Assembly: GCA_947361355.1 (NCBI GenBank)
Contig: CANAIR010000004.1
Span: forward strand, 17,226 to 81,225
DNA length: 64,000 nt
DNA from: an uncultured Clostridium sp.
GTDB lineage: Bacteria; Bacillota; Clostridia; TANB77; CAG-465
Direction of reading: 5' to 3'
The translations under genes were made by a program, and so were the position numbers. The notes under the pieces were generated by a model. The model made no database searches. It was not told the origin of the DNA and saw only the letters and a program-made list of their open reading frames with translations. Positions 20,058 to 28,469 of the stretch are shown here, one piece after another; positions within the stretch are counted from its first letter, which is position 1; each line of letters opens with the position of its first letter.

Positions 20058-20093
20058 TAAAAAAGAGAATGTGGAAAAAATCTACATTCTCTT
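20058..20093 (-). terminator. intrinsic terminator
   Basis: AAGAGAATGT / ACATTCTCTT 10-bp stem, followed in the minus sense by UUUUAUG. Confidence 0.6.
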
Positions 20094-20136
20094 AATACAA
20101 AGAAAATTATATTTTCATTTTTATTTAATAGTAAAC

Positions 20137-20919
20137 TTATTTACTATTTTTTAATTTTACATTTCGTATTAATAATATAATAATTATAAAAATTAAAACC
20201 ACAATTACAATTATTAACATTTTATAATCTACTTTATCTGTAATGCTATTTGGCATATTTGTATTAGTAGTTTGTTCTACTACATTACTAATAGCATTTT
20301 CAGTTTTTTCTTTATTTATTTTGATTTTATAATTTTTGTTTGTAAGTCCATCTTGAGAAGTAACTTTTATAGTAATTATGTTTTCACCTTCTTTAAGATT
20401 TTCATTACCAGTGATTTCTACTTTAGCACCATCTTGTCTAGCTGAAGCAAAAATTAATATACTGTTTACTTTGTTTGGTACACTACCGCCATCATATTCA
20501 AAAATTTCTGGTTTAAACTCTGGTTGCAAAGTTATATTTTCCAAAATTAAATTTTGCAAATATGAATCTGAGGCTTCAATATTAGAAGTTTTAGTTACCA
20601 ATATTTTATATACAGTTTTCTTTCCATTTTTTGTACCAACTGTAATTGTTACTTCATTATCACCAGTTTTTAAGTCTTCATTACCAGCTATTTCAACTTC
20701 ATTTTTATCATCATTTGCAATAGCATTTACATTTATATTATCAATGCTATCTTTTACAAATAATGAATAATTTAATTGTTCAGGTGTAAAATTAGGTGAT
20801 AATCCTTCTTGATTGATTTGCAATGACTTCAATAAGTTATCATTATTTGCACCATTACATGTAGATAATGTAAAAATCGCTACAAACACCATTATAAATA
20901 TACTAAATATTTTTTTCAT
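20137..20919 (-). CDS. cadherin-like beta-sandwich repeat protein with signal peptide and C-terminal TM anchor
   Basis: 260 aa. Two repeats beginning LKSLQINQEGLSPNFTPEQLNYSL / LQNLILENITLQPEFKPEIFEYD, typical of the bacterial cadherin-like domain. C-terminal hydrophobic helix plus basic tail. Confidence 0.65.
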   Translation of the reverse strand: MKKIFSIFIMVFVAIFTLSTCNGANNDNLLKSLQINQEGLSPNFTPEQLNYSLFVKDSIDNINVNAIANDDKNEVEIAGNEDLKTGDNEVTITVGTKNGKKTVYKILVTKTSNIEASDSYLQNLILENITLQPEFKPEIFEYDGGSVPNKVNSILIFASARQDGAKVEITGNENLKEGENIITIKVTSQDGLTNKNYKIKINKEKTENAISNVVEQTTNTNMPNSITDKVDYKMLIIVIVVLIFIIIILLIRNVKLKNSK

Positions 20920-20940
20920 ATTTCCTCCACTTTAACTCAT

Positions 20941-23900
20941 TTATTTTACTAAAACATAAACTATTGCTACAAAGTTTCCATTTCTATCCCTAACAAATAC
21001 ACTTGCATCACCTTTTGAAATACCTCTAAGTACACAAGTATTAGCATCTATTGATAAAACTTTAGTATTATTTGTTTCAAAAGTATAAGAACTACCATTG
21101 CCAGGCAATTTCAAATATTCCAATAAATTAATTGATTGATTTTGATTCAAAACTAAATTATCAGTATATGTGTTATTTATTTTAAGTTGTGTATATACAA
21201 TATTATCTTTATCTTTTGTCATTATTGTAACTACAGCACTACCAATAAAATTAGAGGTTACTATACCATTTTGATCTACTTTACATATTGATGTATCATT
21301 ACTTTTAAATTCTACATCTTTATATTTTGCATTACTTGGTATAATCTCATAATTAATTTTATGTGTTTTGCCTACTTTTAGACTTATTTCTTTTTCTTTT
21401 AATCTAATTTCTGAAACTTTTACATAATCAATTACCTTTACATATATTAATGCAACTAATTTTCCTTTGCCATCAAAAATAAATATGCTTGAATCTCCTA
21501 TGCCAGTTGGTGTAACATTACCATTTTGATCAACTTTTATTACTTTTTCATTATTTGTAGTAATCCTTGCCACATCTATTTTGTTTAGATCTATTACCTC
21601 TTTAATATTTTTTGAAGTAACAATATCAGTTTGTAGATGAGCTGTGTAACCAACATTTATTTTACATTTTGCATCTTTATTAGTTTTTTTGTCAGTAGAT
21701 TTTATAGTAATTGTAGAAGAACCTAAAAATTTAGCATCCACATCACCCTTATCACTTACAACAACTGCCTCTTTATTATCACTAATATAATCAAGCTCTT
21801 TATATTTAGCGTTATCTGGCACTACATAAGCACCTAAATTATAGTTTTGGCCAACTTTTAAATCAACATTTGTTTTGTCTATAACTACTTTTTCTACTTC
21901 AACATATTCTTTTACATTTACAAAAAACATTGCTAAATTTTTATTATTTAAATCCTTTACATATAAAGTACATTCACCAACTGAGACACCTACAATATTT
22001 TGACCACTTATTTTTGCTACTTTTTCATTATTAGTTGAAAACTTTGCATTGTTATATTTTATATCATTTAATCCAAATGTTTTCCTTATATCAACACTTT
22101 CTTCAAAATAAATTGTCTTATTATCTGTATAAATTACAGATACATAAATCATTGCTACTATTGCTCCATTTCTATCTTTTGCAAAAACTGTTGCATCCCC
22201 TAAAAATCTTCCCGTTATATCTCCAGAATTTGAAACTTCAAGTACAGTATTATTATTTGTATAGTAAGTTGCTGCTTTAATTCCAGCATTAACTGTTTCT
22301 CCAACTTTTATTTTTTTTGAATCAGTATATGATACATTAACATATATCATTGCTGCTACCTTACCTGTAACGTCTTCTACAAAAATTGTTGCATCTCCTA
22401 ATCCTCTTGCTGTCATCACTCCTGTATTTGATACAGTCACAACATTTGTATTGTTTGTATAATATTTATTTCCCTTTATTTGAATTCCTACACTTTCTCC
22501 TACTTTTAATTTTTTAGCATCTGTGTATGAATTATTTACATAGATCATTGCAATAACTCTTCTATTTGCATCTTCTACAAATACGGTTGCATCTCCTAAT
22601 CCTCTTGCTGTCATTACTCCTGTATCTGATACTGTCACAACATTTGTATTGTTTGTATAATATCTATTTCCCTTTATTTGAATTCCTACACTTTCTCCTA
22701 CTTTTAATTTTTTAACATCTGTGTACGAATTATTAACATATACCATTGCAATTAATTTTCCACTTGCATCTTCTACAAATACAGTTGCATCTCCTAATCC
22801 TACTGCTGTTATTACACCTGTATTTGACACTGCTACAACATTTGTATTGTTTGTATAATATTTTGTTCCATTTATTTCTAACTTTACATTTTCACCTACT
22901 TTTAGATTTTTTGTATCTGTATATGAACTTTTTACATAAATCATTGCAATAACTTTTCTATTTGCATCTTCCACAAAAACTGTTGCATCTCCTAGTCCGT
23001 TTGTTGTTATTACACCTGTATTTGATACTGTTACCACATTTTCATTATTTGTATAATATTTACTTCCTTTAGTTTCTATAGTTACAGACTGTCCTATTTT
23101 TAAAATTTTACTTTCTGTATATGACACTCTTACAAAGAAACATGAAAGTACATTTCCATTAATATCTTTAACAAATACGCTAGCATCGCCTAAATTATTA
23201 CCAATTATTTTACCATCTTTTGTTACACTTAATACATTAGAATTGTTAGTACTAAATATTGCATTTTTGTAACTATCTTTCATAATGTTAATCGATTTTC
23301 CCATAGGTACATTTAATATATCTGTATAAGCAACACTTACATAACAAGTATCATATATATTTTTATTATCATCACTTATGGCAAATAATGTTGCGGCACC
23401 TAAACCTCTAGCTGTTACTACACCGTTTTTATCTACTGTCATAACAGTTTCATTATTACTTGTATAATTTACCTTCTTAAATTCAGCATTTGATGGTAAT
23501 ACAGTAGATGTAAAACTTTCACTATTTCCAGATTTTATTTCAGTTTTATTTTTATTTAATTTTACACTAGTAACCTTTATATAATCTTTATATTCATATA
23601 CATAATCAGAAAATACATATCCTTCTATACCACTATCTAATCTAACTTTATCCCATTGAACATTAATACCCTTTTTGATTCTAGTCATTTTTGTTCTATT
23701 TTTTGCACCCTCTTGTGTCTCTGTTATAGTTGCAACAATAGAAGCATTAGTGCTTGGTTCAGATCTAATCTTAAATACATCATTTACTCCAATATCTGAA
23801 GTATCATCCAAATATACTTTAGTATAATCATCTTCAAATCTTGCTTCATCTCCAACTTTTGCAGGTTCTCTTGGCATTCCTAAATATACTGGTATATGAA

Positions 23901-24894
23901 AAGTAAACGAACTATTTAATTTTCCAGCTTTATTATATGCTATGTACATTCTATTTGACTCACTAGATGGAGCTAAAATGTTTGACATATATTGCATCCA
24001 AAATAGGCTTGAACCACCAGTTGGATCGTTAACATCCCACTTTTCGAAATAAACTGTATTTTGCCCCCACTTTGTATAATCATTATATATTTTCTTTCCA
24101 GCAGCATTTATCGATTTTTCAGGTGTATCCCAACCTTCTGATTTTGCACGTTTTAAAGCATTTACTATTGGTGTATCACCATTTGCAGTAGTAGCTCCTA
24201 TATTAAAAAAGTTGTAATATCCCTCATAACCTGGATATGAACCATTAATAGATGAATTATTAATTATATCTCCTGCAGTTTCTTGCCTTATACGAGATGC
24301 CAGATGAACTCCACTAACATTATTTGATATAGCTGACTTTGCAATATAATCACTATAACTTAGATCCATATCAATCCAATTTCCAGCTTTTTTATACTTT
24401 CTTTTTAAAGAAGGATCACCCATAGGCACTCCATCTAATACTTTGTCTATTACATCGGATGTATGTATGCTACTATTATTTGTTGTAAGTTCAAATTGAA
24501 ATATACCACTTTCAGTTAAAAAGTTCCTTGGATCCATTGCATAGGCTACCGCTGAATCAGAAGCATTAACCCAGCCTGGTTCTACTGGAACATCACTTTT
24601 TTTCCACTCAGCAGAATAACTCATTGGTATTAAACTTTTTTTATCAACCGTTTCCTGGCTTAAACACTCAGCCCATTGCAAATTTAAATTAACTGCTACA
24701 AATTTCCAATTTGGGTGTTTTCTTGCAAGTTCTCTTAAATACGGCTTGTAACTTTCAGGAAAAGCCGATTCTATTCCACTTTCATCTAAAGTTGATTTAG
24801 CCTCTATATAAGTTTGAAATACTAAAAATGATAACAGCACTCCAAACATTATTATAATAAATTTAACATTTTTATTATATATTTTACTTAACAT
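20941..24894 (-). CDS. giant secreted cell-wall hydrolase-like protein: N-acetylglucosaminidase (GH73-like) + SH3-like + Big_2 domains + 66-aa tandem repeats
   Basis: 1317 aa. Signal peptide. Glucosaminidase-type motifs (ASRIRQETAGD, YNFFNIGA). SH3-like segment (FKIRSEPSTNASIVA...GYVFSDYV). Several Big_2-like segments (VLPSNAEFKKVNYTSNNETVMTVDKNGVVTARGLG). Repeat array. Confidence 0.8.
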   Translation of the reverse strand: MLSKIYNKNVKFIIIMFGVLLSFLVFQTYIEAKSTLDESGIESAFPESYKPYLRELARKHPNWKFVAVNLNLQWAECLSQETVDKKSLIPMSYSAEWKKSDVPVEPGWVNASDSAVAYAMDPRNFLTESGIFQFELTTNNSSIHTSDVIDKVLDGVPMGDPSLKRKYKKAGNWIDMDLSYSDYIAKSAISNNVSGVHLASRIRQETAGDIINNSSINGSYPGYEGYYNFFNIGATTANGDTPIVNALKRAKSEGWDTPEKSINAAGKKIYNDYTKWGQNTVYFEKWDVNDPTGGSSLFWMQYMSNILAPSSESNRMYIAYNKAGKLNSSFTFHIPVYLGMPREPAKVGDEARFEDDYTKVYLDDTSDIGVNDVFKIRSEPSTNASIVATITETQEGAKNRTKMTRIKKGINVQWDKVRLDSGIEGYVFSDYVYEYKDYIKVTSVKLNKNKTEIKSGNSESFTSTVLPSNAEFKKVNYTSNNETVMTVDKNGVVTARGLGAATLFAISDDNKNIYDTCYVSVAYTDILNVPMGKSINIMKDSYKNAIFSTNNSNVLSVTKDGKIIGNNLGDASVFVKDINGNVLSCFFVRVSYTESKILKIGQSVTIETKGSKYYTNNENVVTVSNTGVITTNGLGDATVFVEDANRKVIAMIYVKSSYTDTKNLKVGENVKLEINGTKYYTNNTNVVAVSNTGVITAVGLGDATVFVEDASGKLIAMVYVNNSYTDVKKLKVGESVGIQIKGNRYYTNNTNVVTVSDTGVMTARGLGDATVFVEDANRRVIAMIYVNNSYTDAKKLKVGESVGIQIKGNKYYTNNTNVVTVSNTGVMTARGLGDATIFVEDVTGKVAAMIYVNVSYTDSKKIKVGETVNAGIKAATYYTNNNTVLEVSNSGDITGRFLGDATVFAKDRNGAIVAMIYVSVIYTDNKTIYFEESVDIRKTFGLNDIKYNNAKFSTNNEKVAKISGQNIVGVSVGECTLYVKDLNNKNLAMFFVNVKEYVEVEKVVIDKTNVDLKVGQNYNLGAYVVPDNAKYKELDYISDNKEAVVVSDKGDVDAKFLGSSTITIKSTDKKTNKDAKCKINVGYTAHLQTDIVTSKNIKEVIDLNKIDVARITTNNEKVIKVDQNGNVTPTGIGDSSIFIFDGKGKLVALIYVKVIDYVKVSEIRLKEKEISLKVGKTHKINYEIIPSNAKYKDVEFKSNDTSICKVDQNGIVTSNFIGSAVVTIMTKDKDNIVYTQLKINNTYTDNLVLNQNQSINLLEYLKLPGNGSSYTFETNNTKVLSIDANTCVLRGISKGDASVFVRDRNGNFVAIVYVLVK
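22135..23124 (-). repeat. five tandem 198-bp (66-codon) in-frame repeats inside the 1317-aa gene
   Basis: The string aacatttgta recurs at 22441, 22639 and 22837 (period 198). Units read SYTD.KKLKVGESVGIQIKGN.YYTNNTNVVTVS.TGV.TA.GLGDATVFVED....IAMIYVNN. Degenerate copies flank the array on both sides. Confidence 0.85.
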
Positions 24895-25050
24895 ATCTTC
24901 CTCCTATAACTTTTAAGATTATATCATAAAAAAAATAAAAAAAAAAGAATAAATATATATTTATTATTATTATTTGCAAAATATGTAAATGAATTCAAAA
25001 CAAATAAAAATATTTTAAATATCAATTAAAAATAATAACCAAAGCAAATA

Positions 25051-25088
25051 AAAAAATAGGGATACATTAATTAATTAATTGTATCCCC
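25051..25088 (-). terminator. intrinsic terminator after the 96-aa gene
   Basis: GGGATACA / TGTATCCC stem followed in the minus sense by AUUUUUU. Confidence 0.65.
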
Positions 25089-25096
25089 GATATTTT

Positions 25097-25387
25097 TTAA
25101 ATAAGTCCGTTTTCAACAGCTCTTTTTTGTGTCGCCAAATCTCTTCCCATAAGACAACATGCCGCAAGTAGCATTCTTTCTTGCACTTTCATACCTTTGA
25201 TCACTCCATAAGACATTTTGCTACTAACATCATGCGAAATAGTAGTCCTATCGATAAATGGAAAATTTGGCATAGTTACAAAAGCTTCATCCGTTTCCAT
25301 TACTGAAAACACTTCGACGCCATCCTTACTAAAATAACTTGCTACTGGTTTTCCTGTTCCCAGATTTTCATACATTAAATCCCACAT
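25097..25387 (-). CDS. hypothetical protein (96 aa)
   Basis: ORF with GGAGAG RBS, its own consensus promoter and a terminator. Visibly less AT-rich than its neighbours. No family recognised. Confidence 0.6.
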   Translation of the reverse strand: MWDLMYENLGTGKPVASYFSKDGVEVFSVMETDEAFVTMPNFPFIDRTTISHDVSSKMSYGVIKGMKVQERMLLAACCLMGRDLATQKRAVENGLI

Positions 25388-25444
25388 ATTTTCTCTCCTT
25401 TTTTCAAATTTGAATAAAATTTTCTATTTACATTACATAATATA

Positions 25445-25473
25445 ATTATATAATATTTTTACAAAAATGTCAA
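25445..25473 (-). promoter_or_regulatory. sigma-70-type promoter (TTGACA-17-TATAAT) for the 96-aa gene
   Basis: Minus sense TTGACA (25468-25473), 17-nt spacer, TATAAT (25445-25450). Confidence 0.6.
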
Positions 25474-25678
25474 TACAATTTAGTATTTTATGTAATCTTA
25501 TTTCTTTTATTAACAAAAATTGAGATGAATTAAAAATCCAGGTTCTATAATAAATGTTGGGGTGTAAAATAAAATATTACACTTCAGCATTATTTTTAGG
25601 CATAAAAAAGTTGCAATTAAATCATTTATACCTTAAAATAATGTTAACCACAACAAAAAATAAAAGGAGTTGATTTAA

Positions 25679-26869
25679 TTGCATAAAAAGAATATCATTA
25701 AATTACTTGGAATTCAAGAGAATTTGGTAAAAAAAGTTCAAAGAAATGAAAATAGTATTAATATTTGGATAGAAACTAAACCTAAACTACATATTTGTCC
25801 TTCTTGTAATCACTACACTAAACATATTCATGATTACAGAACTCAAAAAATTCAACATATTAATATTGGGCAAACTACTTCGTACCTTTTCTTGAAAAAA
25901 CGTAGATATGTGTGCCCTCACTGTGCTAAAAGATTTTATGAACATTATAATTTCTTACAAAAATATTTTAGAAAATCAAACCTTGTATTTGATAACGTTT
26001 GTAATGATTTAAAGAAATTAAAAAATTTTAAAACTATTGCTCAAGATAATAATATTTCTATTCCTACTGTTATTAAGTATATGCATTACAATCTTTTTCT
26101 TTCTGGTAAATCCAATATCATTCTTCCAGAGAGAATTGGCATTGATGAGTTTAAAGGTAACTGCAACAATTCTAAATACCTATTTCATATATTTGATTTA
26201 GATACTCACAAAACTATTGATATACTTCAATCTAGAACTTATGATTTTCTAGAAGAATATTTTTCTAGATTCTCTCTAGAAGAAAAATGTAGAGTTAAAG
26301 TGGTTTCTATGGACCTTTATTCTCCTTTTAAACGTGTAATTAAAGACAAATTCTATCATGCTTCTATTGTTGCTGATACTTTCCATTTTACTAGAATTGT
26401 TTTGAACTCTTTGGATAAGTTAAGACTTAATCTTTGGAGAAATACCAAAGGTAAAGAGAAATTATATTTTAAATATTTAAAGCATTCCTTAATGAAAGAT
26501 ATTTCAAATGCTACTCAAAAAGATAGTGACAAGTTACTATATGCTTTTGAATTTAGTCCTATACTTAAGTATGCATACAAACTTAAACAAGAATTTTTAG
26601 ATATCAAAAAGAAATCTACATTTGAAGAAAAAGAAAAGGCTTTTAGAAAATGGCTAGATGATGCAGAATCTTCTACTATTGAAGAGTTCAAATCACCTGT
26701 TAAAACATTACAACAATGGCATGAGTATATCTCTAATTCTTTTAGATTAAATATTTCAAATGGACCTGTTGAAGGAAAGAATAATTTAATTAAAACTTTA
26801 AAAAGAATTTCTTTTGGCTTTAGAAATTTATTTAATTTTAAATCTAGAATATTGCTTTGTGATCTTTAA
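25679..26869 (+). CDS. ISL3 family transposase
   Basis: 396 aa, TTG start behind AAAGGAG. N-terminal zinc-finger (CPSCNHYT...CPHCAKRF), HTH region, DDE domain layout typical of ISL3. Confidence 0.85.
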   Translation: MHKKNIIKLLGIQENLVKKVQRNENSINIWIETKPKLHICPSCNHYTKHIHDYRTQKIQHINIGQTTSYLFLKKRRYVCPHCAKRFYEHYNFLQKYFRKSNLVFDNVCNDLKKLKNFKTIAQDNNISIPTVIKYMHYNLFLSGKSNIILPERIGIDEFKGNCNNSKYLFHIFDLDTHKTIDILQSRTYDFLEEYFSRFSLEEKCRVKVVSMDLYSPFKRVIKDKFYHASIVADTFHFTRIVLNSLDKLRLNLWRNTKGKEKLYFKYLKHSLMKDISNATQKDSDKLLYAFEFSPILKYAYKLKQEFLDIKKKSTFEEKEKAFRKWLDDAESSTIEEFKSPVKTLQQWHEYISNSFRLNISNGPVEGKNNLIKTLKRISFGFRNLFNFKSRILLCDL

Positions 26870-26960
26870 AATTTAATATTATACACACTTTTTAGCTAAA
26901 TTTAGTTTAGCTCTTTTGTTGTATCTAAATTTCTTATTATTTTTACTTTTTAGATACAAA

Positions 26961-26993
26961 AAGTGAGATGACATTCATTCATCTCACTTTTGG
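26961..26993 (+). terminator. hairpin terminator inside the IS downstream of the transposase
   Basis: AAGTGAGATG / CATCTCACTT stem followed by TTTGGTTT. Confidence 0.5.
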
Positions 26994-27030
26994 TTTCTCT
27001 ATAGTCAATTTTTAGATATTTTCACCCCAA

Positions 27031-27147
27031 CTATTGACATAGAGCCTCATCTACCTTAACTAGGTTAATATATTTATTTACATTTTTTATAAAATTAGTA
27101 TAAAAATCTATTACTATTTTTCCATATAGTATGTATAGTATACTCAT
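27031..27147 (-). CDS. mini-ORF copy A (38 codons as it stands, 3' end replaced by IS sequence), paralog of the mini-ORF at 63.1 kb
   Basis: Own translation: MSILYILYGKIVIDFYTNFIKNVNKYINLVKVDEALCQ behind AAAGGGG. The last 16 nt lie inside the IS right end. Whether it is a real gene is uncertain. Confidence 0.25.
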   Translation of the reverse strand: MSILYILYGKIVIDFYTNFIKNVNKYINLVKVDEALCQ

Positions 27148-27285
27148 ATTTACAACCCCTTTTGTTTACAATATTTTATATCTTAAATCATACTTAAATT
27201 ATATACTATTTATAATATTTTTACAATACTTATTTAATAAATTAATACATATTTTATACATACCATATTGCTATTTACTTTTAGC

Positions 27286-27654
27286 TTATTTATTTTCTAT
27301 TTCTTTATTTTTTTCTAATTCGTCTACTCTTTTTTTCAAAAAGGATACCTCTTGTATTAATGCTGTATTTCGATTAGTCTGTTTTGCAAGTAACATAGTA
27401 AGTGTAAATATAAGATAAAAAGCTATAAAAATCGTAACACAAAATATCATATTTGAAGCCTTCTCAAATCCCAGAAAAGCTGATATAAATTCTATGAGAT
27501 GAGGTATTGCGATTGCAATTATTAACAATAATCCTGTAACAATCCAAAATATAGACATTGATGATTGCATTTTTCTTTTTCTAACAGATCTAATTATTAA
27601 AAATAAATATACTAATGTTATTATAATTAAAACTAATCTAAGAGTAAGTGACAT
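27286..27654 (-). CDS. DUF2304-like small membrane protein (partner of GtrB-like transferases)
   Basis: 122 aa, three to four TM helices and a C-terminal amphipathic or coiled tail. ATG overlaps the upstream stop region. Confidence 0.7.
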   Translation of the reverse strand: MSLTLRLVLIIITLVYLFLIIRSVRKRKMQSSMSIFWIVTGLLLIIAIAIPHLIEFISAFLGFEKASNMIFCVTIFIAFYLIFTLTMLLAKQTNRNTALIQEVSFLKKRVDELEKNKEIENK

Positions 27655-27655
27655 T

Positions 27656-28384
27656 CTAATTCACCTTACCTTTCTTTTTAAATCTTAAACTATCAATAAT
27701 AATTGAAATACATACTTTTACCATATAATGTACACTTTTTAAAGGATTAATAGATGATTTACCACCTAATCTTTCATTCATAGAAACTGGTACTTCCGTT
27801 ATTTTATATCCATTTTTTATAATATTTACAAGCGACTCTGGTTCTGGGTAATCAGTCGGATAATCAGTTGAAAATAATTTTATTATTTCCTTATCAGCAG
27901 CCCTAAATCCAGATGTTGGATCAGTAATTTTAGTGCCTGTAAATATTTTTATCATTATTGAAATAATATTTTTTCCAAATCTTCTCATAAAGGATGATTT
28001 AAATTCACTTGTTGTATCATCTAAATATCTTGAACCAACACAAATATTTGCTTTTTTATCAATTATAGGTTTACAAAGTGTTTCAATATAATTTACATCA
28101 TGTTGACCATCTCCATCAAATTGTACAGCTATATCATAATTATTTTCTTGTGCATACCTATAACCTGTTTGTACAGCCCCCCCTATTCCAAGATTTGAAA
28201 CTAAATTAATATGATTTATGTTATTATTTCTTAAAATTTTTTCAGTACTATCTTTTGAGCAATCATTTACCACTATATAATCAATTTTTTGTTCATGATT
28301 TTTATTATACTTATCTATATTTTTATACACAGTAAGTATATTTTTTTCCTCGTTATAAGCTGGAATTACTAATAAAATTCTCAT
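27656..28384 (-). CDS. GtrB/CsbB-like polyprenyl-phosphate sugar synthase (GT2)
   Basis: 242 aa. LLVIPAYNEEKNI, VVNDCSKDST and QFDGDGQH motifs. Confidence 0.85.
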   Translation of the reverse strand: MRILLVIPAYNEEKNILTVYKNIDKYNKNHEQKIDYIVVNDCSKDSTEKILRNNNINHINLVSNLGIGGAVQTGYRYAQENNYDIAVQFDGDGQHDVNYIETLCKPIIDKKANICVGSRYLDDTTSEFKSSFMRRFGKNIISIMIKIFTGTKITDPTSGFRAADKEIIKLFSTDYPTDYPEPESLVNIIKNGYKITEVPVSMNERLGGKSSINPLKSVHYMVKVCISIIIDSLRFKKKGKVN

Positions 28385-28469
28385 AAAAACTCTCCTAACT
28401 TATTATATTTAAATTACATTTTCTTCTTCATACATACTATTTTTGTATTTAATATTTTTTAATTATACA

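Larger units (their letters stand above)
25541..27046 (+). mobile_element. ISL3-family insertion sequence (about 1.5 kb)
   Basis: Imperfect terminal inverted repeats GGTTCTATAATAAATGTTGGGGTG (left, from 25541) and GGCTCTATGTCAATAGTTGGGGTG (right, reverse complement ending at 27046). Single transposase ORF. No 8-bp target duplication found. Confidence 0.8.

Noticed and set aside
22135-23124. Regular repeats were considered as a CRISPR array.
   Set aside because: The period is 198 bp with no unique spacers. The repeats are in frame inside a long ORF and encode a protein domain.
25533-25540. An 8-bp target-site duplication for the ISL3 element.
   Set aside because: The left flank aaaatcca and the right flank tcatctac (27047-27054) do not match. 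Shifting the boundaries by a few bases does not create a direct repeat.
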